Shown here: positions 16,706 to 31,212 of the stretch, piece after piece
Layout: each line of letters opens with the position of its first letter
Numbering within the stretch: position 1 is the first letter of the stretch
Source of the DNA: Acholeplasma laidlawii PG-8A
Lineage (GTDB): Bacteria > Bacillota_I > Bacilli_A > Acholeplasmatales > Acholeplasmataceae
Assembly: GCF_000018785.1 (NCBI RefSeq)
Contig: NC_010163.1
Span: 1,380,001-1,412,000, forward strand
DNA length: 32,000 bases
Direction: 5' to 3'
Notes under the pieces: model-generated
What the model was told of the DNA's origin: nothing
Databases searched by the model: none
Seen by the model: only the letters and a program-made list of their open reading frames with translations
Translations under genes and position numbers: made by a program

Positions 16706-16762
16706 CGAACCCGTGAATGCATGCGTGAAAGGCATGTGAGTTAACCGTTTCTCCAACGGGCC
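16687..16762 (-). tRNA. tRNA-Glu (anticodon UUC), CCA encoded
   Basis: Minus strand reads GGCCCGTTGGAGAAACGGTTAACTCACATGCCTTTCACGCATGCATTCACGGGTTCGAATCCCGTACGGGTCACCA. It folds by hand into a cloverleaf: 7-bp acceptor stem, anticodon loop CTTTCAC, T-loop TTCGAAT. Very close to Bacillus-type tRNA-Glu. Confidence 0.95.
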
Positions 16763-16764
16763 AA

Positions 16765-16855
16765 TGGCGGAGCGAGAGGGATTTGAACCCTCGCACGGGG
16801 TTAACCGTCTAACGCGTTAGCAGTGCGCCCTCTTCGGCCTCTTGAGTATCGCTCC
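16765..16855 (-). tRNA. tRNA-Ser (anticodon GCU), class II with long variable arm, CCA encoded
   Basis: Minus strand reads GGAGCGATACTCAAGAGGCCGAAGAGGGCGCACTGCTAACGCGTTAGACGGTTAACCCCGTGCGAGGGTTCAAATCCCTCTCGCTCCGCCA. Acceptor GGAGCGA/TCGCTCC, anticodon loop CTGCTAA, T-arm GAGGG-TTCAAAT-CCCTC. Confidence 0.9.
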
Positions 16856-16886
16856 ATTGTAGGCATGAATTAAATCATGCCTTATT

Positions 16887-16915
16887 ATATTAACTTATTT
16901 TATTCTAGTTGTCAA
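16887..16915 (-). promoter_or_regulatory. Promoter candidate for the tRNA-Ser/tRNA-Glu unit
   Basis: Minus strand has TTGACA (16915-16910), 17-nt spacer, TAATAT (16892-16887), located between the tex stop and tRNA-Ser. A hairpin AGGCATGA/TCATGCCT (16861-16882) sits between it and the tRNA. Confidence 0.5.
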
Positions 16916-16918
16916 TCA

Positions 16919-19093
16919 CTAATTTGATGTATTTACCATGGTTAGCCCTACTTGACCTTTATCACGGTCAATATTGAGTACCCAGACAGTTACAATTTGC
17001 CCAACTGATACAACATCTTTGGGATGTTTCACAAATTTATTAGACAATTTAGAGATATGAACAAGTCCATCATTTTTAAGTCCTACGTCAACAAAAGCAC
17101 CAAAGTCTGTTACGTTTCTTACAGTACCTTCTAATTCCATACCTACCTTTAAGTCTTCAATAGATAATACATCAGATTTTAAGATTGGTTGAGCATAGTC
17201 ATCACGTGGATCTCTCATAGGTGCAACAAATGCATCTAGTATAAGATCTAGTGTATATTTATCGGTATGCAGTTCACGAGCTACTTGTTCTCTATCGATG
17301 TTATCTGTCCATAGTCTAATACTTGGTTTCCCAATATCTTCAGAACTGATATTTAATTTCTTCATCACTTCTCTTGCTAGTTGATAACTTTCAGGGTGAA
17401 TAGATGTTTGGTCTAAGATTTCATCAGATTCTGGTATTCTTAAGAAACCAACTGCTTGTTCATAAGTTTTAGGTCCAAGACTTGGTACTTTTAATAAATC
17501 TTCACGAGATTTAAAACCACCAATTTTATTTCTGTAGTTGACTAAGTTTTCAGCAACATTTTTGCTTAAACCAGATACATAGGTTAGTAAAGATTTACTT
17601 GCAGTATTCGCGTTCACACCCACTTGGTTTACAACTTGTGTAACAACAAAGTTTAGAGAATCATCTAGCTTTTTAGGTGCAATATCGTGTTGGTATTGAC
17701 CAACACCGATAGATTTTGGATCTATTTTAACAAGTTCAGATAGCGGATCTTGTAGTCTTCTTGCAATACTTGCAGCAGAACGCTCTTCCACTGAAAAATC
17801 AGGGAATTCTTCACGTGCAACATCACTTGCAGAATATACAGATGCACCTGCTTCATTGACGATAACGTATTTAGCATCCATATTTTGGTTCTTTATGACT
17901 TCAACAACAAACCTTTCGGTCTCTCTTGAAGCTGTACCATTACCGATTGCTACTAATTCAAACTTATATTTTTTGTATAAAACTTTTAATTGAAGTTCAG
18001 CTTGGAATACCTTTTCAGGATCTGGTCTACCACCTTGAGTTGTCTCATGTGGATAAATGACACCTTTTTCAAGTACTTGTCCAGTTTGATCAACAACAGT
18101 CCATTTACAACCTGTTCTAAATGCAGGGTCAATACCTAGAATCACTTTACCTTTTAAAGGTGGTTGTAATAATAGTTTAGATAAGTTGTCTGCAAAGACT
18201 TCAATCGCTTGTTCTTGACCTTTTTCAGAGAGTTCTGAGCGAATTTCTCTTTCAATCGAAGGAAAGATTAAACGTTTAAGTGAATCTTTAATTGCTTCTT
18301 CTAAATACATATCTGCATTAGATGGTTTTTTGATCACTTGTTTGATTAGATAGTTTTCCATGGCTTCTTTAGTACCATCTAATTTTACTGTGATAACTTT
18401 TTCATCTTCAGCACGGTTAATCGCTAAAATTTGATGTGGTTTAATTTTAGTAATCGATTGACTATAGTCATAGTAAATCTCATACACACCCTTTACATCT
18501 AATTCTTTACCATTTTTTCTTAAATTAGATACTAATACACCATGTCTAAATAAGTAATCTCTTAAATATTTACGATAGTTTGCATCATCACTAATAAGTT
18601 CTGAAATAATGAATCCAGCACCTTCAAGTGCATCTTTGGTAGTTAATACTTCATCATTAAGATATTTTTTTGCTTCTTCTACTACATCCGTTTTTGGAAA
18701 TGTTAATAAGAATTTTGCAAGTGGTTCTAAACCTTTTGCAATTGCTTCTGTTGCTTTAGTCTTTTTCTTTTCTTTGTATGGTCTGTAAAGGTCTTCAACT
18801 TCCACGAGTTTAGTAGCACTTAAGATTTCATTCTTAAGTTCTTCAGTTAACATACCTTTTTCATCAATTAAACGGATAACATCTTCTTTACGTTTAAATA
18901 GGTTATTCGCATACTCAAACATTTGGTTAATTGCAAATATCTGTTCTTCATCCATACCACCAGTCATTTCCTTACGGTATCTAGCGATAAATGGAATGGT
19001 TGCACCATCTGCTAAAAGTTCAAGTACAACTTTAACTTTAGCTGTTGGTAATTTGAGTTCTTTTGATACACTCATTACTAATTGTTCGTTCAT
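16919..19093 (-). CDS. tex: Tex-like transcription accessory protein (YqgF/HhH/S1 domains)
   Basis: 724 aa with N-terminal ...ATIPFIARYRKE.TGG, a central RuvC/YqgF-like region (GIDPAFRTGCK) and a C-terminal S1 domain (GTVRNVTDFGAFVDVG...DGLVHISKLS). Confidence 0.95.
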   Translation of the reverse strand: MNEQLVMSVSKELKLPTAKVKVVLELLADGATIPFIARYRKEMTGGMDEEQIFAINQMFEYANNLFKRKEDVIRLIDEKGMLTEELKNEILSATKLVEVEDLYRPYKEKKKTKATEAIAKGLEPLAKFLLTFPKTDVVEEAKKYLNDEVLTTKDALEGAGFIISELISDDANYRKYLRDYLFRHGVLVSNLRKNGKELDVKGVYEIYYDYSQSITKIKPHQILAINRAEDEKVITVKLDGTKEAMENYLIKQVIKKPSNADMYLEEAIKDSLKRLIFPSIEREIRSELSEKGQEQAIEVFADNLSKLLLQPPLKGKVILGIDPAFRTGCKWTVVDQTGQVLEKGVIYPHETTQGGRPDPEKVFQAELQLKVLYKKYKFELVAIGNGTASRETERFVVEVIKNQNMDAKYVIVNEAGASVYSASDVAREEFPDFSVEERSAASIARRLQDPLSELVKIDPKSIGVGQYQHDIAPKKLDDSLNFVVTQVVNQVGVNANTASKSLLTYVSGLSKNVAENLVNYRNKIGGFKSREDLLKVPSLGPKTYEQAVGFLRIPESDEILDQTSIHPESYQLAREVMKKLNISSEDIGKPSIRLWTDNIDREQVARELHTDKYTLDLILDAFVAPMRDPRDDYAQPILKSDVLSIEDLKVGMELEGTVRNVTDFGAFVDVGLKNDGLVHISKLSNKFVKHPKDVVSVGQIVTVWVLNIDRDKGQVGLTMVNTSN

Positions 19094-19127
19094 AGTTTCC
19101 TCCTAATACTGGTTCTATATAATAAAT

Positions 19128-19151
19128 AAAGGGAAAAATTGATTTCCCTTT
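19128..19151 (-). terminator. Terminator hairpin between the membrane-anchored protein gene and tex
   Basis: AAAGGGAAA (19128-19136) / TTTCCCTTT (19143-19151), 9-bp stem with a T-rich tail on the minus strand. Confidence 0.55.
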
Positions 19152-19159
19152 ATGAATGG

Positions 19160-19840
19160 TTAATTTAATTCGTTTAATACGTCTGTTAATTTATCTTCAG
19201 CACGTTTGTTTTGGCCTACTTGGTCAAAAGGTCCGTACCAATTTAAGTCTTCACCATTAAATACGTGTAATAACACAGGGATTGTTGCTCTTGAAGCTTG
19301 TCCAGCAGAAACATCAACAACTGCTTGCCAGCTTTCATTTGCAGGATTATCCACATTCACAAAGAATAGAACATATTCATCGTTAATTACAGTGAATTCA
19401 AAATCGTCAAATTTTACCTTTTTAACAGTGTCTAAAGCCATGATATCATCAGCCACATCAAGTGCACCTGGTTGCCATGAGTTTGTATCTTTTTCTGAAT
19501 AGAATAAGATATAAACATTAGCATATCTATCAAGTGTATATTTTAAACCTTTATGAGTAAGATTTTCAAAGTTTTCACGGTTTGATATTTTAGTAATATC
19601 ATCTACTAATACATAGTTTGATCCTTCATAACGGAATGGATCTTTATTTTTTCCACTCGATATAATTGCATCAATTACAAAATATAGCACAACAGAGACC
19701 ATTGCAACCGCCATAATAATTAATACAATTTTGAAAAATAATTCGCCTTTTTCTGATTCTTCTTTAATACCTGATAAGCTTTTTTCTACTTTTTCTTGTT
19801 TAACAGGTTTTTTAACATCTTTTTTATTTATTCTTGCCAT
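19160..19840 (-). CDS. Membrane-anchored protein of unknown function (Lys-rich N-terminus, single TM, extracytoplasmic domain)
   Basis: ORF track 19160-19849 starts on GTG 1 nt after AAGGA; ATG at 19840 (MARINKK) has 10-nt spacing. TM segment LFFKIVLIIMAVAMVSVVLYFVIDAII. No cysteines or recognisable motifs in the ectodomain. Confidence 0.55.
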   Translation of the reverse strand: MARINKKDVKKPVKQEKVEKSLSGIKEESEKGELFFKIVLIIMAVAMVSVVLYFVIDAIISSGKNKDPFRYEGSNYVLVDDITKISNRENFENLTHKGLKYTLDRYANVYILFYSEKDTNSWQPGALDVADDIMALDTVKKVKFDDFEFTVINDEYVLFFVNVDNPANESWQAVVDVSAGQASRATIPVLLHVFNGEDLNWYGPFDQVGQNKRAEDKLTDVLNELN

Positions 19841-19903
19841 GTTTTTCACATCCTTAAATTTTTACGCAATAATATTATACTTAAATATCATCAATTTTAC
19901 AAC

Positions 19904-20260
19904 CTAAACTTTAGTTTCTAATACAACAAATGCGATAGCATAAAGGTTTGTGTGACTTATTGTAATATGTACTACAAAATCACTTGTATGTTTAGATACA
20001 ACATAAGGTGCCCCTACACTGTCATTTAGTACTGAAAAATCCTTATAATTAGCCGTTTTATCCCCTGCTTTAAAGCATTTAAATAAAGATTCTTTGACAG
20101 CAAATCTACCAGCTAAATAGGTTAGTTTTCTATTTTCATGGTTGATTTTGGCATATTCGTTCTTCTCATCTTCATTCAATATTTTATCTTTAAAGCGGTC
20201 GATGCCAATAGATTTAATTCTTTCCAATTCAACTAAATCTGTACCGATAGCATGTATCAT
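19904..20260 (-). CDS. acpS: Holo-[acyl-carrier-protein] synthase
   Basis: 118 aa with MIHAIGTDLVELERI... and ...AGRFAVKESLFKC..., characteristic of AcpS. Confidence 0.9.
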   Translation of the reverse strand: MIHAIGTDLVELERIKSIGIDRFKDKILNEDEKNEYAKINHENRKLTYLAGRFAVKESLFKCFKAGDKTANYKDFSVLNDSVGAPYVVSKHTSDFVVHITISHTNLYAIAFVVLETKV

Positions 20261-20261
20261 G

Positions 20262-21185
20262 TTATCCCTCGTTTCTTAACTCATTTGCTAAATCTTTGAT
20301 TTTTTTAAATCGGTGATTTAGTCCTGATTTTGTAATGGTTTCACCATAGAGTACTTCATACTCATCAATAAGTTCCATGAGTGATGCATCTGGATGTGTT
20401 TTTCTTAGGTGAATCACTTGAAGTAGTTTATCATTTAATCTCATGTGATACTTTTCGATGAATTCAATATCTTCTAACTGACTATTGGCTGCTACAATTG
20501 TTTTTTTCTCATTAGCAATCTCACAGTTTAATATACGGTTAATTGAGTTATTAAAATCTCTTTTAATACGTATATCTTCAAATTCAAATACAGTTTGAGA
20601 TGCACCAATATATCTTAAGAAGTCTTCTATTTTATTGACGTCTTTTAAATACACGATAAACCCTTTACGTCGCTTCGTAATTTTAGCATCCATATCAATG
20701 AAGTTCATTAAACGTTGTATCTTTAATATCGTATCTGAGTTTTCAGAATATATTTCTAAATGATACTCGGCCTTTTTAGGATCATTTACAGAACCAGATA
20801 CTAAGAATGCACCTCTTAAATAACTTAGTTGAGCTTCTTGAGAAACGGTTAAGAATTCAGAGGCGTCTTTATCACCTAAGATGCCGTGCTCTTGCATAAT
20901 TTGTTTCAAGGATTCTTGAATGCCTAATCGAACTTGATGTCCTTTATTAAAACTACCTTGCTGTTTGGTAAGTAAGGTAGAATCAATTTTGTATTGTTGT
21001 TTGAGCAGTTTTAAAAACCTTCTTGCAACAGTAGGGTTATTTGATTTAAACCAAAGCGTTGGTACACCTTCTGAAATAGAAAGTTCCGTACCTAAATCGA
21101 TCATCGCAGAGAGTTCAGCTAGTTGTTCTTCATTGGTTGTATTTAGTTGGATGAGTTCATTTTTAACTTCTTTAGCATAACTCAA
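20262..21185 (-). CDS. whiA: DNA-binding protein WhiA
   Basis: 307 aa. N-terminal SYAKEVKNEL, degenerate LAGLIDADG-like middle (YLRGAFLVSGSVNDP) and a C-terminal HTH (...ITKSGLNHRFKKI). TTG start. Confidence 0.9.
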   Translation of the reverse strand: MSYAKEVKNELIQLNTTNEEQLAELSAMIDLGTELSISEGVPTLWFKSNNPTVARRFLKLLKQQYKIDSTLLTKQQGSFNKGHQVRLGIQESLKQIMQEHGILGDKDASEFLTVSQEAQLSYLRGAFLVSGSVNDPKKAEYHLEIYSENSDTILKIQRLMNFIDMDAKITKRRKGFIVYLKDVNKIEDFLRYIGASQTVFEFEDIRIKRDFNNSINRILNCEIANEKKTIVAANSQLEDIEFIEKYHMRLNDKLLQVIHLRKTHPDASLMELIDEYEVLYGETITKSGLNHRFKKIKDLANELRNEG

Positions 21186-21204
21186 ATTTAATCATTTCCT
21201 TTAA

Positions 21205-22110
21205 TTATAAATTTTCAATATATTTGATAATATTTTGTGTTGCAATTGCACCATCACTGACTGCAGTAACAATTTGTCTAATCTTTTTAACTGTTACATC
21301 GCCTGCAGCGAATATGCCCTTACAAGGCGTTTGGAAGTCTTCACCAGTTAGGATGTAGCCAAACTCGTTTAAGATGTTTAAATCCTTTAAAAACGATGTT
21401 GCAGGGATTAATCCAACGTACTCAAAGACACCATCCGTGTCAATAACTTGTTCTTTACCAGCAACCGATACTTTAACACCTTTTAAGTTATCATCACCAA
21501 CAAATTCTTTTGTTTCTGCATTAAAGATAAAATCAACATTTTTAGCATGCATCAGTAAGTCTTGAGCTTTTTTATCCGCTGTTAAATATGGTAGGTTTTG
21601 TACCACTGTGACATGACTCGCAATATTAGATAAGAATAGTGCTTCTTCTACAGCGGAGTTTCCGCCACCAATAACAACCACTTTTTTATCTTTATATAAT
21701 GGACCATCACAAATAGCACACCATGAAATACCTTGTGCAGTGTAATTCATTTCACCTGGTATGTCTAATCTTCTAGGTACTACACCTGTAGTAATTAAAA
21801 TAGCTTTCGATTCAAATGTTTCATGTGCTGTAACTATTTGTTTTGTAGTGCCTAAATCTTTAATTTCAAGTACTTCTTCAAACTTAACTTCTACACCTAA
21901 ATTTAATACATGTTCAAACATAGATGTTGCAAGTTCATAGCCCTTAGCTTTTGTAAATCCTGGGTAGTTTTCAACTTCTGCAGTATCGACTATTTGACCA
22001 CCTGGTGCGCCTTTTTCAAACATCATGACTTTTAAATTCGCACGCTTTGCATAAATTGCTGCCGTCATACCTGCAGGACCTGAACCAATTATTAATACAT
22101 CATAAATCAT
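21205..22110 (-). CDS. trxB: Thioredoxin-disulfide reductase
   Basis: FAD motif IIGSGPAGMTAA, redox-active CAICDG, NADPH motif VIGGGNSAVEEA. Confidence 0.95.
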   Translation of the reverse strand: MIYDVLIIGSGPAGMTAAIYAKRANLKVMMFEKGAPGGQIVDTAEVENYPGFTKAKGYELATSMFEHVLNLGVEVKFEEVLEIKDLGTTKQIVTAHETFESKAILITTGVVPRRLDIPGEMNYTAQGISWCAICDGPLYKDKKVVVIGGGNSAVEEALFLSNIASHVTVVQNLPYLTADKKAQDLLMHAKNVDFIFNAETKEFVGDDNLKGVKVSVAGKEQVIDTDGVFEYVGLIPATSFLKDLNILNEFGYILTGEDFQTPCKGIFAAGDVTVKKIRQIVTAVSDGAIATQNIIKYIENL

Positions 22111-22123
22111 TTATTATTACCTC

Positions 22124-23653
22124 TTAAAATATATAGAGTAGTTTTTCTAAGTTATCAACTACAACGTCTGGTTTTGCACCCAAGAGTGCTTCATAATGCA
22201 CGGAATAACCTACTCCGATAGATTTTACATTTGCAGCTTTGGCTGCTAGGATATCATTTGGATGATCCCCTACATAAGCAGCATTTGAAGGACTAACATT
22301 TAATCTTTCAAGTGCCATATTGATTGGTAGTGGATCCGGTTTATGTTTAGGCGATTCATCGGAACCAATAATCACATCCACATATTGCATTAAATCATTT
22401 TGTTCTAAGCCTAGTTTTACAAATTTGTGTATCTTACTACTTACAATACCTATGAGATAATCATGTTCTTTTAAAGTTTTTAAAACAGTAAGGGCATTTT
22501 CAAAACTCTCTACCTTAACTTTATGATTTACTTCATTAATTTCTCTATAGGTTTTAATCATTGCTTGTAGTTTTTTGTTATCTTTTTCATACCATCCAAA
22601 CGATTCATCTAATGTTGGTCCAACAAATGCTTTTAATTCTTCATCGGTTAACTTCTTGTTTGGAAAATGGACTTTAAAAGTAGCTGTAATATTTTTGTAG
22701 ATAAGATCTATGGTATCTAGTAAGGTACCATCTAAATCAAATAATACAGCTTTTCTACCGTAGTCATTATATGCAATACGGTTTTTAACTTTAAGTGTTC
22801 TGTATAAATAGATTGCTAACCCAGCAATGATAAGCCCTACTGAGGTTGCAATACTCGTTGGGATATTAAACATCATTAACGGTTCCGGTACACCACTATT
22901 CATTCTTAAGATTTCAGTTGGAATACGGCCAATGCCATACCATACTAAATAAAAGGAAATGATGTCACCAATTTTAACTTGTTTCTTTCTTCTAAATACT
23001 AAGATAAGTATAAGCCCTAAAAGATTCCAACTACTTTCATAAAGAAACGTTGGGTGTCTAAAGGCACCACCTATATTCATGTTATCTCTAATAAATGGTG
23101 GTAACCAGTTTAGATTATCAATTACTGGACCGTAAAGTTCACGGTTCATAAAGTTACCCCAACGGCCAAAGATTTGACCAATTAAGAAACCCGGTCCAAC
23201 CATATCAAGCACAAAGAAATAGTCTATTTTCTTCTTTTTAGCAAATAAAATTAAACCTAGTACTACGACGATAATCGCTCCATGAATAGCTAATCCACCT
23301 TCTGTAACGTCTAACATGCGAAGGATATCCCCGTTATATTTATCTAAATTAAATAACACGTACCAAAGTCTTGCACCAATTACTGCAGAAGGTACAAAGA
23401 CTAATAAACCGTCCCAAAGAATGTTAGGATCTTGGTGATATCTAGTAAGTTCTAAATAAGCTAAAACTGAAGCACTAATAATACCTGATAAAATAAATAC
23501 TGCATACCACTGTACACTAAATGAACCAAGTTCAAATGCAGTGCCACTATAAGGGGCAGTACCAAAGGTAGCAATCAGTATAAGTAGTAGGAATAATAAG
23601 GTGATTCCACCATATACAATATAACCTTGGTATTTTTTAAATGTCGTCATCAT
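22124..23653 (-). CDS. lgt: Fusion protein: prolipoprotein diacylglyceryl transferase (Lgt) plus HAD-family PpaX-like pyrophosphatase
   Basis: Residues 1 to about 290 are multi-TM Lgt (GRWGNFMNRELYG, RHPTFLYES). From about residue 300 there is a HAD fold with VLFDLDGTLLDT, IVSSK, KHKPDP and VGDHPNDILAAKAANV, collinear with B. subtilis PpaX as I recall it. Confidence 0.85.
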   Translation of the reverse strand: MMTTFKKYQGYIVYGGITLLFLLLILIATFGTAPYSGTAFELGSFSVQWYAVFILSGIISASVLAYLELTRYHQDPNILWDGLLVFVPSAVIGARLWYVLFNLDKYNGDILRMLDVTEGGLAIHGAIIVVVLGLILFAKKKKIDYFFVLDMVGPGFLIGQIFGRWGNFMNRELYGPVIDNLNWLPPFIRDNMNIGGAFRHPTFLYESSWNLLGLILILVFRRKKQVKIGDIISFYLVWYGIGRIPTEILRMNSGVPEPLMMFNIPTSIATSVGLIIAGLAIYLYRTLKVKNRIAYNDYGRKAVLFDLDGTLLDTIDLIYKNITATFKVHFPNKKLTDEELKAFVGPTLDESFGWYEKDNKKLQAMIKTYREINEVNHKVKVESFENALTVLKTLKEHDYLIGIVSSKIHKFVKLGLEQNDLMQYVDVIIGSDESPKHKPDPLPINMALERLNVSPSNAAYVGDHPNDILAAKAANVKSIGVGYSVHYEALLGAKPDVVVDNLEKLLYIF

Positions 23654-24590
23654 CGTCTTCTGCTCCTTTTGCAGCTTTTGCTGCTACGTTTTGTATAAGT
23701 GTTTCTGCTGCGTTATAACCTAAATATTTTAACTTTTGATTCATTGCTGCAGATTCTACTAGGGTTGCGTTATTACGTCCTGGTAAAACTGGAATCGTAA
23801 TCTTTGGTATTTCGGTACCAAAAATAGTATAGTTTTGAGTTTCAATACCTAGTCGGTCATAAGTTTTAGACTTATCCCAATGTTCTAATTCAATCACTAA
23901 TCTAATTTTTTTGTTTTCTCTAAATGCTCCAGCACCTAACATTTGAACCACATCTACAATACCAATACCGCGTATTTCTATATAGCGCTCTAGTATTTTT
24001 GGTGCTTGACCAATAATCACACCTGGAGCTGTTTCATAAACATCCACTCGATCATCAGCAACTAAAATATGATTTCTTTTAATCAGTTCCAGAGCAGTTT
24101 CAGATTTACCTACACCGGATTTACCAATAATTAATGTACCCATGCCATAAATATCTAGTAACGTACCATGAATACTTTCACGTGGTGCAAGTGCACTACG
24201 TAAATAAGAATATAGTTTTGAGTTAATTGGTGTTGTACGTTCATTGGATTTATAAAGTGGTACATGATACTTATTACCTAAGTCCATAAAGTATTGTGGG
24301 ATATCCACATTAATACTAAATATCACTGCAGGTGGTTGTAGTTTAAGTACTGCATCTACACGCTCAATTTGAACTTGTTCATCTAGTAACATCAAAAAGT
24401 GTGCTTCTTTTGAACCGATAAGTAAAATACGTTGTGGATCAAAAAAGTCTAAGAATCCAGCAAACTCAACACCGGGTCTGCTAAGCATTTCTACTTCTAC
24501 ACGTCTATCCTCTCCGTCAAAACCTGCCACTATTTTTAAATTTAAGTCATGTGCTATTTTTTTAAGTCTAATTGAATTTTTATAAGCCAT
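23637..24590 (-). CDS. hprK: HPr kinase/phosphorylase
   Basis: 317 aa with Walker A GKSGVGKSETALELI, ...LVADD..., EIRGIGI and an acidic C-terminal tail. Overlaps the lgt start by 17 nt. Confidence 0.95.
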   Translation of the reverse strand: MAYKNSIRLKKIAHDLNLKIVAGFDGEDRRVEVEMLSRPGVEFAGFLDFFDPQRILLIGSKEAHFLMLLDEQVQIERVDAVLKLQPPAVIFSINVDIPQYFMDLGNKYHVPLYKSNERTTPINSKLYSYLRSALAPRESIHGTLLDIYGMGTLIIGKSGVGKSETALELIKRNHILVADDRVDVYETAPGVIIGQAPKILERYIEIRGIGIVDVVQMLGAGAFRENKKIRLVIELEHWDKSKTYDRLGIETQNYTIFGTEIPKITIPVLPGRNNATLVESAAMNQKLKYLGYNAAETLIQNVAAKAAKGAEDDDDDI

Positions 24591-25086
24591 GAGATGCCCC
24601 TTTCTGAATCCACTTGGATTTTCTTACATATGTTGTAAATAATAATCTAATCATCATAAAGATGAATGTAAATGCGAAAATGTTGGAACCATTATAAAGA
24701 AATGATATTTGGCTGATACTTAAGTCAACTAAATAAAAGGATAAGAGATTACTTAAGTAAAACATGAGACCAAATGTCATGAGTACAAATCTGTATAAGT
24801 ATCTTACCATGAGTCCTTTGATAAATACTTCAATACTTGTAAATAATAACATAGCTACTACAAAGGATTCAATCGATTCAAATTGAATGATTGGATAAAA
24901 TCTTGAGGATAGTCCTACGACTATACCACCTACTAAAAAGTTAATAATGGTAAGTAGTAATACATGGTAACCAAAATTCATGTGTAAAATAAGCCCTAAT
25001 TGGTAACCAATAATCGCCTTTTTTTTACGAATGATTTTATCCTTATTGTCTTCATTTTTATTTGGATCGTTTGAATCATTTTGCAT
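24580..25086 (-). CDS. Small integral membrane protein (about 4 TM), function unknown
   Basis: 168-aa ORF with a polar N-terminus followed by four hydrophobic segments. Overlaps the hprK start by 11 nt. Confidence 0.55.
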   Translation of the reverse strand: MQNDSNDPNKNEDNKDKIIRKKKAIIGYQLGLILHMNFGYHVLLLTIINFLVGGIVVGLSSRFYPIIQFESIESFVVAMLLFTSIEVFIKGLMVRYLYRFVLMTFGLMFYLSNLLSFYLVDLSISQISFLYNGSNIFAFTFIFMMIRLLFTTYVRKSKWIQKGASHGL

Positions 25087-25099
25087 AAGTCATTTTTCC

Positions 25100-31108
<6,009 letters not shown>

Positions 31109-31170
31109 GTTTATACCTCCTTTAATTTTATAGTAGATATAACATGCTAAAAATACTTTTATAAAGTAAA

Positions 31171-31200
31171 AACCACAATCAAAATTAAAGATTGTGGCTT
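31171..31200 (-). terminator. Terminator of the metalloprotease gene
   Basis: CCACAATC (31173-31180) / GATTGTGG (31190-31197), followed by TTTTT on the minus strand, 13 nt past the stop at 31213. Confidence 0.6.
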
Positions 31201-31212
31201 ATGTTTAAATAT

